Assembly: GCA_041663405.1 (NCBI GenBank) | Contig: JBAYMW010000002.1 | Coordinates: forward strand, 1 to 38,768 | DNA length: 38,768 nucleotides | Direction of reading: 5' to 3' | DNA from: Candidatus Omnitrophota bacterium | GTDB taxonomy: Bacteria > Omnitrophota > Gorgyraeia > Pluralincolimonadales > Pluralincolimonadaceae | Part shown: positions 1 to 7,831 of the stretch, in pieces | How the letters are laid out: every line of letters starts with the position of its first letter | Numbering within the stretch: position 1 is the stretch's first letter | Notes under the pieces: generated by a model | The model's database searches: none | Seen by the model: only the letters and a program-made list of their open reading frames with translations | What the model was told of the DNA's origin: nothing | Translations under genes and position numbers: made by a program

Positions 1-3000
1 ATAGTTGTCTTTTTCGACGTTGTAGCTCTCGATCTCGGTGTCCCAGAAACTCGGCATGTCGTCATAATAATCGTATTCAAACTCGCCTATAGCGCGGGCG
101 CTAAAGGCCTTGTTATCCCACCAGTCTTCAGCCGTGGAACCCATGTAGCCGTATTCCCTGCCGATCCAATCTACACCGCCTTCTGCGCCGTCGGTATAAA
201 GGCTGCTATTTTCATATCCCCAATAGCCGCTGAGGGTCAGTCTGTTGCCGTTCCATGTGCCGGAACCCGAACCCAGCCAGGCACCGTCATCATAATATGC
301 GCCGTCCAGGTCGCCGGATATCGTGCCCATTTTTGTCCCGGTGATGAATAGGCCGTTGAGCGAACCGTTGAACCATCCGTCTCCCTGCCCGTTGAGATCC
401 GCTATCCAGTAGCCCTTATCGCTGTCGGCCGTTCCGTACGAATCCTCGTATGACAGATACGACGCATCCTCCGGCGCGGACCCTATAAGTTCCGCCAGCG
501 GCGTAGACGTGTCCCATGTATCATTGACGGAGGTGCTGCCTATGAGATTCCAACTGTCATCGTATGAATTTGTGTAAGAAGATGTGGTCCCGTCCCTATA
601 ATAATTCGTGTACGTATACTGATGCGTATTGTCTATATAATGATATTCGGATGTATATCCTTCGCTGTTATTATCATAGTATTGGTAAGAATATGATCCT
701 CCGTCATCGAGCTGATACTCTCCGTAAATATTCATGCAGGGATTATAGCAGCCGAAAACGTCGTTGCCGCCCATCTTCGCGGAGAATATGCCGTCCGTGA
801 CCGACGGCATCACGTATTCACCCATAAGTTTCTGGCTGTATATACCCCAGTCAAGCGCGGTATGGTGTTCATAATCCACAATGCTCGCGGTATACAGGTT
901 ATCATAACCGTTTATGTAGCCTTCGCCTGAGTATCCGCCCGCAAGCCTTCCGTCGCCTTCCTCTGTCCATATCGAACCTAAAAGGTCCGCAGCGCCGATA
1001 CCGGCGACCACGGGTGTTATGTTATTGTCATTCGTAAAGTCTCCGCCGAGCATATACGCCTCGGCAAGCGCGGAATATGCGCCGTCAAGACGGCCGGATT
1101 TTACTCCCGCGTAACCGTTCGGGTCGATATATATGATACGGGCGGAACCTTTTATCGCGCCGTCCTTGCCCGTAACCGAAGACAGGCCGTAATACGCGCC
1201 TGCCGGCTCATCGTCACCGCCGGAGATCTCCTCTTCCTTCGAGCCCTGGTTAACGTATTCGAAATCCGTCGTCCAGACGAAATCCCGGAGCGCGTTCTCT
1301 TCGTCCTCTTCCATGCTGCCTATAGACGTGAAATAAAAACCTTCTTCGCCCCAGAGGTCGCCGACCGTGCCGCCAAGGCCGCCTACATGGCCCGCGTGGT
1401 CGAAATATCCGTCGCCATAGTAACCGCCTTCATATCCCGGAGCATATGCGCAATTGTGCAGGTCGGTGCTGGACGAAAGTTCCTGTTCGATGAATCCGCC
1501 GCCGCCGATGCCTTCTACGCCCTCTCCGGCGTGAGCAAGTATGGTCCCGTAATAAGCGCCCAAAGTGTAGCTGTCAAGATAGGAGCCTGAGATATCAAGC
1601 CTGACGCCTCCGTTAAGGTCGTCCGATCCCTCTACGGATGAAAAGAAATACCCGTCGTTGTAATTACCGCCCGCCACGGCATTCCAGCTCGTCAGGCCGT
1701 TCGGGTTGTAGTATCCGCCGGAATGGGACTCCCTCCAGATACCCCAGTTCTGTCCGTCTATCTTGGCCATCTGCCTGTCGAATTCCGTATCGAAGTAGCC
1801 GTTGCCGCCGTCGAAAGCGAAGGAGAGATTTCCGTAGCCCCACCCTTCTATCGTCTCGTATTCGATGCCGGGTTCGAGCTGCGCCATCGGTATGAAGTAC
1901 AGGTCTCCGCTTCCCGCCATGTCGCCCGAGAAGTAACCGTCAAATCCATTCTTTGTGGCGGATCCGGAAAGCACGCCAAAGAGGTTGCCCGCAAGCCCGG
2001 AAGGGTCTATATATATAGAAGATACGACCGTATCCCAGCTGTGCATGATGCCGCCGCTCCAGCCGTAGAACGCGCCCCCGTCCTCACCGGCACCTGCGAC
2101 GTTGCCTGTAAACACCCTGTTATTCGGGGTGCTATACGCGCCGGTAACATCCATCGACATGACGCCCGACCACTGCTGTTCAAGCGGAGTGGTGCTTGAA
2201 AGCGCCATATTGAAAAAGTTGTTCTCGGAGCCCTCGTCGTATCCGAACGAGCCCTCGATGGTGCCGTTCATCGTAATTGGAAGAGGTCCCGGTTCCCCAT
2301 CTTTGCCCGATCCGCCGGTACCGCCTTCACCGGAACCTATTATGTCGGTAAAAGGCTTGTCGGAAAATACGTTATTGGCGCCGTTGTCCGGGTTTTTATT
2401 ATTGTTCGTCCCGCCGCCGGAATAACCTTCCGGGCCGGAATATCCCTCCACGTCACCGCCGATCTCCCATCCCTCATGCCAGTTAGATTTCTGGTCATCC
2501 GAAGGGGCCAAGGGATTGCTGATCCTCCCGTTACCATCGACCGACGAACCCGTGCCCATAGGCACGTTCTGTGTGGTCCCCGATATGATGCTTTTCAGGA
2601 CGCCGTTTCCTTCTTCGAAATAGGCGTTCGTGAAGTTCGGCAGTATATTGAGGAAGAGGACCGTACCGCGGACGCATGCAACCGCGTTCGGTGTCTTAAC
2701 TTCGAATTTCGAGTTGCCTTTCAGCTTTTCCACCTGGGCCCTGAGCTTGCCGCCTGTGGATTCGAAGAGGTTCTCGTATTCGCCCTTGCCGTCCTGCGAC
2801 AGCTTGGAGATCGTTACGTTCGAATTCTGCTGGAGGGTAATGACATTCCCGTTATCTAGCTTGAATTCCGCCTTGCCGTTGTCTTTTGTCTCGATCGAGT
2901 CGCCGGTCTTCACGGTCTCGTTGGCCTTGGCGTCATGCCATGCCTTGGAATCCTTGTTCTTTATCCTTACGTTCCCGGCCAATTTTACTATTACGGCCTT

Positions 3001-3696
3001 CATCTCTCCGGGCTGGCTGTATCCTTCGGCAACGGAGCCTTTGCCCTCTGACGCGGCAATTACGTTCCTGGAGATCGACGTATCCGTCTCATGTGACCTC
3101 TTCTCGGACGCGAGCATGACCCTCGGCATGGAAGGAGCGCTGTCCGCAGCGACTACGGAGACCTCTCCTCCCTTGACATCCACCTTCTTATCCGGAGCCG
3201 CCGGGTTCGATAACGAATATTTTCCGTTGAGTACCGCGACCGCAGTGGATGACTTCTGGAATACGACCACAACGTCCGTACCTTTTACGGAACCGTTGGC
3301 GTTAGGCGTGTTTATCGTGAAGCTGTCCTTGCCCGCGGACTTCGATATGACGGCCCTTATCTTCCCGCGCTCGACGTTCAATACGGCGCTTATCCTCTTT
3401 CCGTCTCCGCCGATGTTATAATCGGAAATGTCCAGTTTCGTCTTTTCCGCGAGCCTGACCACCGACTTGTCCGCAAAGGTGATCTCGGCCTTGGAAGAGC
3501 TCTTCGTGCGGACCGAGTCACCGACCTCTATATCGGACCCTATCTCGGCCGTCGATGAGGACGCGGAACCCGGCCTGAACAGGTCCACGCTCCCTTCGAG
3601 GGACGTTATCTTGCCTATGCCTGACGCAAATGCGGACGAGCACCCCAGTATAAGAAGGGCTGCTAACGCGACGGTCTTGATGCTGCGGCTTTTCAT
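1..3696 (-). CDS. Large secreted protein or lipoprotein with two FecR-type domains and a long Gly/Tyr/Asp/Trp-rich region. Partial: the 3' end lies beyond the window start, so at least 1232 codons.
   Basis: Not in the supplied ORF track, which appears to need an in-window stop. Manual reverse-complement translation from ATG 3696..3694 stays open to base 1 (3696 = 3 x 1232). AAGGAG RBS at 3711..3706, 9 nt upstream. N-terminus is MKSRSIKTVALAALLILGCSSAFASG, with a possible lipobox LILGC (3640..3654) or an AFA/S cleavage site. FecR-like modules at about aa 27-150 (nt 3247..3618) and aa 232-348 (nt 2653..3003), with GD-x-hydrophobic-x-T, KAE-hydrophobic-x-F and TPN-x(3-6)-GT motifs. All plus-strand ORFs here are short and overlapping. 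Confidence 0.8.
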   Translation of the reverse strand, partial: MKSRSIKTVALAALLILGCSSAFASGIGKITSLEGSVDLFRPGSASSSTAEIGSDIEVGDSVRTKSSSKAEITFADKSVVRLAEKTKLDISDYNIGGDGKRISAVLNVERGKIRAVISKSAGKDSFTINTPNANGSVKGTDVVVVFQKSSTAVAVLNGKYSLSNPAAPDKKVDVKGGEVSVVAADSAPSMPRVMLASEKRSHETDTSISRNVIAASEGKGSVAEGYSQPGEMKAVIVKLAGNVRIKNKDSKAWHDAKANETVKTGDSIETKDNGKAEFKLDNGNVITLQQNSNVTISKLSQDGKGEYENLFESTGGKLRAQVEKLKGNSKFEVKTPNAVACVRGTVLFLNILPNFTNAYFEEGNGVLKSIISGTTQNVPMGTGSSVDGNGRISNPLAPSDDQKSNWHEGWEIGGDVEGYSGPEGYSGGGTNNNKNPDNGANNVFSDKPFTDIIGSGEGGTGGSGKDGEPGPLPITMNGTIEGSFGYDEGSENNFFNMALSSTTPLEQQWSGVMSMDVTGAYSTPNNRVFTGNVAGAGEDGGAFYGWSGGIMHSWDTVVSSIYIDPSGLAGNLFGVLSGSATKNGFDGYFSGDMAGSGDLYFIPMAQLEPGIEYETIEGWGYGNLSFAFDGGNGYFDTEFDRQMAKIDGQNWGIWRESHSGGYYNPNGLTSWNAVAGGNYNDGYFFSSVEGSDDLNGGVRLDISGSYLDSYTLGAYYGTILAHAGEGVEGIGGGGFIEQELSSSTDLHNCAYAPGYEGGYYGDGYFDHAGHVGGLGGTVGDLWGEEGFYFTSIGSMEEDEENALRDFVWTTDFEYVNQGSKEEEISGGDDEPAGAYYGLSSVTGKDGAIKGSARIIYIDPNGYAGVKSGRLDGAYSALAEAYMLGGDFTNDNNITPVVAGIGAADLLGSIWTEEGDGRLAGGYSGEGYINGYDNLYTASIVDYEHHTALDWGIYSQKLMGEYVMPSVTDGIFSAKMGGNDVFGCYNPCMNIYGEYQLDDGGSYSYQYYDNNSEGYTSEYHYIDNTHQYTYTNYYRDGTTSSYTNSYDDSWNLIGSTSVNDTWDTSTPLAELIGSAPEDASYLSYEDSYGTADSDKGYWIADLNGQGDGWFNGSLNGLFITGTKMGTISGDLDGAYYDDGAWLGSGSGTWNGNRLTLSGYWGYENSSLYTDGAEGGVDWIGREYGYMGSTAEDWWDNKAFSARAIGEFEYDYYDDMPSFWDTEIESYNVEKDNY

Positions 3697-3714
3697 ATTA
3701 AGTGTCTCCTTGAT

Positions 3715-5223
3715 TTAAAATTTGTACTCGATCCCCATACTGTAGATGCTCCTGTCATAATCGTATACCGCTATATTCGAATGGTCCTTAACGTATGTAT
3801 ACCTGAACTGGAGCTCTGCTTCCTTCCAGAAATTATATCCGAGCATCGATGAGAGGGTGTAGGTCTGGTCGTCCCTCTCAACCCCGAAAATAGAATTCGT
3901 ATTTGAGAAATCCTGTAAATATATATCTCCGGCGAGGCTTGCCTTGAACCTCTTGAGGAACGGATACAGGATCGTCGCCGTGAACCTGTTCCCGAGGTAT
4001 TCCCAATTCCTGCCCTTCGTATCTTCCTTGTTTATCCCGTAGTGCGCCCCGAGGAAACCCTTGTTCTCCGCGAAAAAGAAATAATATCCGAGCCCGCCGC
4101 CAAAATCGTTCGAATTCCTGTCCTCATCCGGTATGAACGGGTCCCTCGCGAACTTCTTCTTCTTGTAGTCGAAATTCGTCTGGAGCATGTGGTTCCTGGC
4201 GAAAATATAATTGACGACCGGGCTTGCATTCAGCGTCGTCATATATTTGGAATCGCCGACATCCGTATAATTGTATCCCAATACGACGCCCGCGGTGCCG
4301 TTGTTCAGGTAGTAATTCGGAGTCACCGATACGGTGTGGCTGAGCACGTCATAGATCCCGAGCTTGTTCTGGTGCGCGAAATACATCGAATACTGGCCGT
4401 CGATCCCGAACCTGTCGGAGAATTTCTTCCGGTACTGGCCCATGAATGTGACGACCTCCCTCCAATCGCTCTCGTCGCTTATCCCGGACGCGACTGAATC
4501 GTCGCCCGGCTTCAACAATACATTGGTATCATACTGGCCCGAGACGTTCAACGTGGCCCTGAAAGGCTTCTCGGCTGTTTCCTTCCTCTTGAGGGCCTCG
4601 ATGTACTCGTTGGAGAGCCCCGCGATGTCGGAGTTCGGGTCCAGGAATATGATCTCCTTGAATACCTTCTTTGCCTCATCGAATTTCTTCTGCTTGATGT
4701 TGGCAAGCCCTATCTGGTAATCGGCCGACTGCGCTAACGAGCTATCCAGCGCCTTGGCGTTCTGGAAGGCCGTAACGGCCGCCTCATTATCATTATCCTT
4801 GAGCAAGACAAGGCCCTTAAGGAACGCTGTCTGCGCCGGCTTCACGTTCTCGCGCTCAGCCACCTCTAAGTAACTTCTCGCTTCCTTCAGGTCCCCGAGC
4901 TGGTACAGCACCTCAACGAGCTCTAGCAATGCCTCTTTTATCCTCGGGGTCAGGGTAACGGAATCGATCAGCTGTTCCTTAGCCTGCTTGTAATCCTGTA
5001 ATTGCTTATACGTGATGCCGAGATAGTACGCGGCAAGCGATGATTTTGGGTCAGTTTCCCTTACTTTCTTAAGAGCGGCCGCGGCTTCATCGAAATTTTC
5101 TTGTTTGTAAAGTTTTATGGCCTCTTCGAGTCGAGGATCCGTTTCAGCGAACAGTAAACCGGGGAGAATTAGCAATATTGAGACAATAATTACCGTAAAG
5201 GCGGGAAATACTTTTTGCGGCAT
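3715..5223 (-). CDS. Outer-membrane protein with signal peptide, N-terminal TPR repeats and a C-terminal beta-barrel of about 290 aa (Slam/DUF560-like architecture).
   Basis: 502-aa ORF. Signal peptide ends LLFA/ETD. TPR-like helical repeats cover about aa 30-205 (EEAIKLYKQENFDEAAAALKK..., YYLGITYKQLQDYKQAKE...). From FRATLNVSGQYDTNV onward there are alternating-hydrophobic strands rich in Y/G/N. C-terminal beta-signal is GIEYKF with terminal Phe. RBS AAGGGG lies upstream. Confidence 0.8.
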   Translation of the reverse strand: MPQKVFPAFTVIIVSILLILPGLLFAETDPRLEEAIKLYKQENFDEAAAALKKVRETDPKSSLAAYYLGITYKQLQDYKQAKEQLIDSVTLTPRIKEALLELVEVLYQLGDLKEARSYLEVAERENVKPAQTAFLKGLVLLKDNDNEAAVTAFQNAKALDSSLAQSADYQIGLANIKQKKFDEAKKVFKEIIFLDPNSDIAGLSNEYIEALKRKETAEKPFRATLNVSGQYDTNVLLKPGDDSVASGISDESDWREVVTFMGQYRKKFSDRFGIDGQYSMYFAHQNKLGIYDVLSHTVSVTPNYYLNNGTAGVVLGYNYTDVGDSKYMTTLNASPVVNYIFARNHMLQTNFDYKKKKFARDPFIPDEDRNSNDFGGGLGYYFFFAENKGFLGAHYGINKEDTKGRNWEYLGNRFTATILYPFLKRFKASLAGDIYLQDFSNTNSIFGVERDDQTYTLSSMLGYNFWKEAELQFRYTYVKDHSNIAVYDYDRSIYSMGIEYKF

Positions 5224-5287
5224 TTGCTGGGCCCCTTGGTTAAAATAGGTTAGTTTTTAAAGATTATGAATGAAGTAAATTTTATTA

Positions 5288-5316
5288 AATATACCATTTG
5301 CAAGCGGTTATGTCAA
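5288..5316 (-). promoter_or_regulatory. Sigma70-type promoter for the TPR/barrel plus giant-ORF operon
   Basis: On the minus strand: TTGACA (5316..5311), 17 nt spacer, TATATT (5293..5288), about 65 nt upstream of the ATG at 5223. Confidence 0.5.
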
Positions 5317-5327
5317 GTAAATATTTG

Positions 5328-5355
5328 TTGACAAAAGCCTAAATACTGATATAAT
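5328..5355 (+). promoter_or_regulatory. Sigma70-type promoter for the PEP-CTERM gene
   Basis: TTGACA (5328..5333), 16 nt spacer, TATAAT (5350..5355). GAGG RBS lies about 10 nt before the ATG at 5405. Confidence 0.55.
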
Positions 5356-5404
5356 ATCTGTAAGTTTAAGTCAAAAACAGCCAATCTATTGAGGTAAAGT
5401 CCAG

Positions 5405-5923
5405 ATGAAGAGCTTATTAAGCGTTATTGTTATTGTCTCCGCGTATTTTGTCGTATCCTGCCCTCCCGTTTATGCCGATCAGGAGTATCCGGGGTTCCAG
5501 ATGTGGACTGTGGCCAGCGAAACCTCGTCTACCGTCGTATCGGAATTTGACCTGGGAGCGACCCCATATCTGTATCTTCAGCTTCCTACCGCGCCCGACG
5601 ACCTTTGGTACTCTGAAGTCAATTCAGATTGGCTGAAAGGCATCACGCTTAAGGGCGAGGCTGACAGGGTCGGGTTCCAGACAGTATACCACATAGCTCT
5701 TTCGGGATATGACTGGTCGGATACATCAAATATAGGGTCATGGACGATTAACGCGGACTATGATTACAAGAGGTTAGGTTTCGGAACGCTCATCTCTTCG
5801 GATTCCGGATATACCACATTCACCATCAAGGATCCCGGGACTGTCCCCGAACCGGTCTCTACTATCCTTTTCCTTGCCGGCGGTTCCGCGCTGGTGGGAA
5901 GGCGTTTCCTGAGGCGTAAATAA
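5405..5923 (+). CDS. PEP-CTERM sorting-domain protein (small secreted protein, putative exosortase substrate)
   Basis: 172 aa with an N-terminal signal peptide (cleavage near VYA/DQE). C-terminus is VPEPVSTILFLAGGSALVGRRFLRRK, which reads as PEP motif, hydrophobic helix and Arg-rich tail (nt 5837..5920). Confidence 0.85.
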   Translation: MKSLLSVIVIVSAYFVVSCPPVYADQEYPGFQMWTVASETSSTVVSEFDLGATPYLYLQLPTAPDDLWYSEVNSDWLKGITLKGEADRVGFQTVYHIALSGYDWSDTSNIGSWTINADYDYKRLGFGTLISSDSGYTTFTIKDPGTVPEPVSTILFLAGGSALVGRRFLRRK

Positions 5924-5935
5924 GCAGCTTCTATT

Positions 5936-7831
5936 TCAGGTTATCTTAAGCACGATAACCGTCATGTCGTCGTGCTGCGGCATTCCCTTGCTGAACTTCT
6001 GGACTTCCTCTACCATCTTATCCGATAATCCCTGTGCCGAAAGCCGCCTGTTCAAAAGCGCCGTATCGAGTATCCTCTTCTCGCCGAATTCCTTGATGTT
6101 CCTGTCGCGGGCCTCCGATATGCCGTCCGTGTACATTACGAATACATCGCCTGCAGACACATTAAATTCATCCGCCGTAAATTCTGCGCCCGGTATTATG
6201 CCGCACGGGCTTCCGACCGATTGCGTCAGCGAGAGTACCTCGCCGTTATCCTTTACCCACACAAGCGGGTTATGGCCTCCATTCGAATATTTTACGGTCC
6301 TCTCCTTCGGCTTGTAGATCAGGTACTGGAGAGTCACGAACATGCCCGATACCCCCTCTTCTACGAGCCTGTCGTTTATCGCGGTCATCGCTTCATTCGG
6401 CTCGTTAAAATCGTGGGTCAGCCCGCGGAAATCAGCCATCGCCTTTGCCATATACAGGGCCGCCGGCACCCCCTTTCCCGAGACGTCGCCTATAACTATC
6501 CCGAGGCGGTCTTCTTTTAATTTGATGAAATCGTAGATGAGCTTGATGAAATCATAGAAATCGCCTCCGACATGTTTTGCCGGGACGCATTTGATGCCGA
6601 TATCTATACCGATCGCATGCGGGAGGCTCTGAGGAAGTATCGACTGCTGGATGCGGCTGGCGATTTGCAGCTCTTTTTCTATAAGGCCCTTCTCGAATTT
6701 CGCTATGATGAGCTGGTTGAGCGTTATCGCCGGATAGCAGACGCACAGCAGTATCAGGATAGATACGTAATCCAGCCATATATTGAAAAAAGCGAATAAT
6801 ACGTACGCGATCAGAAGCGTGCCCGCTAAAAGCGCCGCGAAGAGCGCGAGCCCCTCGATCGGCGTCCTTTTGGGCAGGGTCAAGCCCAATGCGGTACCGA
6901 TAAGGAATATGATCAGCAGGATCTCGGGCCTGAAGATCCTGTGAATGAAGTCCCTTCTTAATATCGTGTTAATAGCGCTGGCCCTTATTCCTACGCCGGG
7001 ATATAAGGACGACATCGGCGTCGCCCAGAAATCCTCGGAACCGGTCGCGGTCATGCCTATTATCACTATCTTATCTTTCAGAGCGTTAAGGTCGATATCG
7101 GACGCTTCCCCGTCCTGCGCCTGGATGCCTGCCAATGCGACAGACGCAAAGGACATCCTCTTGAAGCGCGAGAATACGCCCGGATAGTTTATCCACATCA
7201 TATCGTTCGCGTCAGTCCTTAAGGCCATCTTGGCGGGTTCAACACCCAGGAAATGCGCCGCGGCGAGCATGTCTATCGATATATATTCATCTCCGCCATG
7301 GGAAAGCTTTAGCGGGACCTTGCGGACCTTGCCGTCCGGTTCGACCGATATGTTGACGAAACCTACGCCCTTCGCGGTCTTTTGCAGGTCAGTGATCGGC
7401 ATAGTTATATCGCGGGGCTTGATGATGTTCTTCCGCAGGTCATCCTGGCCCAGATCGAAGAAAGCCGAATAGAATACATTTCCGAGCTTTCTTGTCTGGT
7501 CGGCAAGTTTACTGTCTTCTCCGGGCTTATCGTTCTGAGGCTCGCTGAAGAGGATATCGAAGACGATCGTCTTAGGGCCGTACTCTTCGATCATATCCAG
7601 CAACTCGGCATGGTACCCCCTGTCCCAGGGCCACCTGCCGAAAGCCTTAAGCGACGCGTCGTCAATCTCTATAATTACTATATCGGGGCTTACCGGCCGG
7701 GGGCCTCTCAGCCAGAAAAGCTTATCGAGGCCCTGGTATTCGGCGAGCTCAAATACCCCGAGGATATACGCAACGCCTATCACGGCGCAGCATATCAATC
7801 CGATAAAAAGGCCGCTCTTCTTCTTCATCAT
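5936..7831 (-). CDS. CHASE2 sensor domain, transmembrane segments and PP2C/SpoIIE-type serine phosphatase (RsbU-like)
   Basis: 631 aa. N-terminal TM then a CHASE2-like periplasmic region (IVIIEIDDASLKAFGRWPWDRGYHAELLD...FDILF). A TM cluster follows at about aa 300-375. C-terminal PP2C motifs are GGDFYDF, GDVSGKGVPAALYMA, NGGHNP, YTDGISEA and DDMTVIVLKI. Confidence 0.88.
   Translation of the reverse strand: MMKKKSGLFIGLICCAVIGVAYILGVFELAEYQGLDKLFWLRGPRPVSPDIVIIEIDDASLKAFGRWPWDRGYHAELLDMIEEYGPKTIVFDILFSEPQNDKPGEDSKLADQTRKLGNVFYSAFFDLGQDDLRKNIIKPRDITMPITDLQKTAKGVGFVNISVEPDGKVRKVPLKLSHGGDEYISIDMLAAAHFLGVEPAKMALRTDANDMMWINYPGVFSRFKRMSFASVALAGIQAQDGEASDIDLNALKDKIVIIGMTATGSEDFWATPMSSLYPGVGIRASAINTILRRDFIHRIFRPEILLIIFLIGTALGLTLPKRTPIEGLALFAALLAGTLLIAYVLFAFFNIWLDYVSILILLCVCYPAITLNQLIIAKFEKGLIEKELQIASRIQQSILPQSLPHAIGIDIGIKCVPAKHVGGDFYDFIKLIYDFIKLKEDRLGIVIGDVSGKGVPAALYMAKAMADFRGLTHDFNEPNEAMTAINDRLVEEGVSGMFVTLQYLIYKPKERTVKYSNGGHNPLVWVKDNGEVLSLTQSVGSPCGIIPGAEFTADEFNVSAGDVFVMYTDGISEARDRNIKEFGEKRILDTALLNRRLSAQGLSDKMVEEVQKFSKGMPQHDDMTVIVLKIT

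Noticed and set aside
564-3718. Cluster of plus-strand ORFs (for example 1723..2199, 2630..3421, 3428..3718) offered by the track across the left 3.7 kb
   Set aside because: They are short, mutually overlapping and have Ser/Pro/Arg-rich low-complexity translations. The opposite strand carries one uninterrupted frame with an RBS, a signal peptide and FecR-type domains, so these are shadow ORFs.
5924-5935. Possible bidirectional terminator between the convergent PEP-CTERM and CHASE2 genes
   Set aside because: The gap is only 12 nt. The only inverted repeat (CCTGA ... TCAGG) has a loop of about 22 nt and no U-tract.
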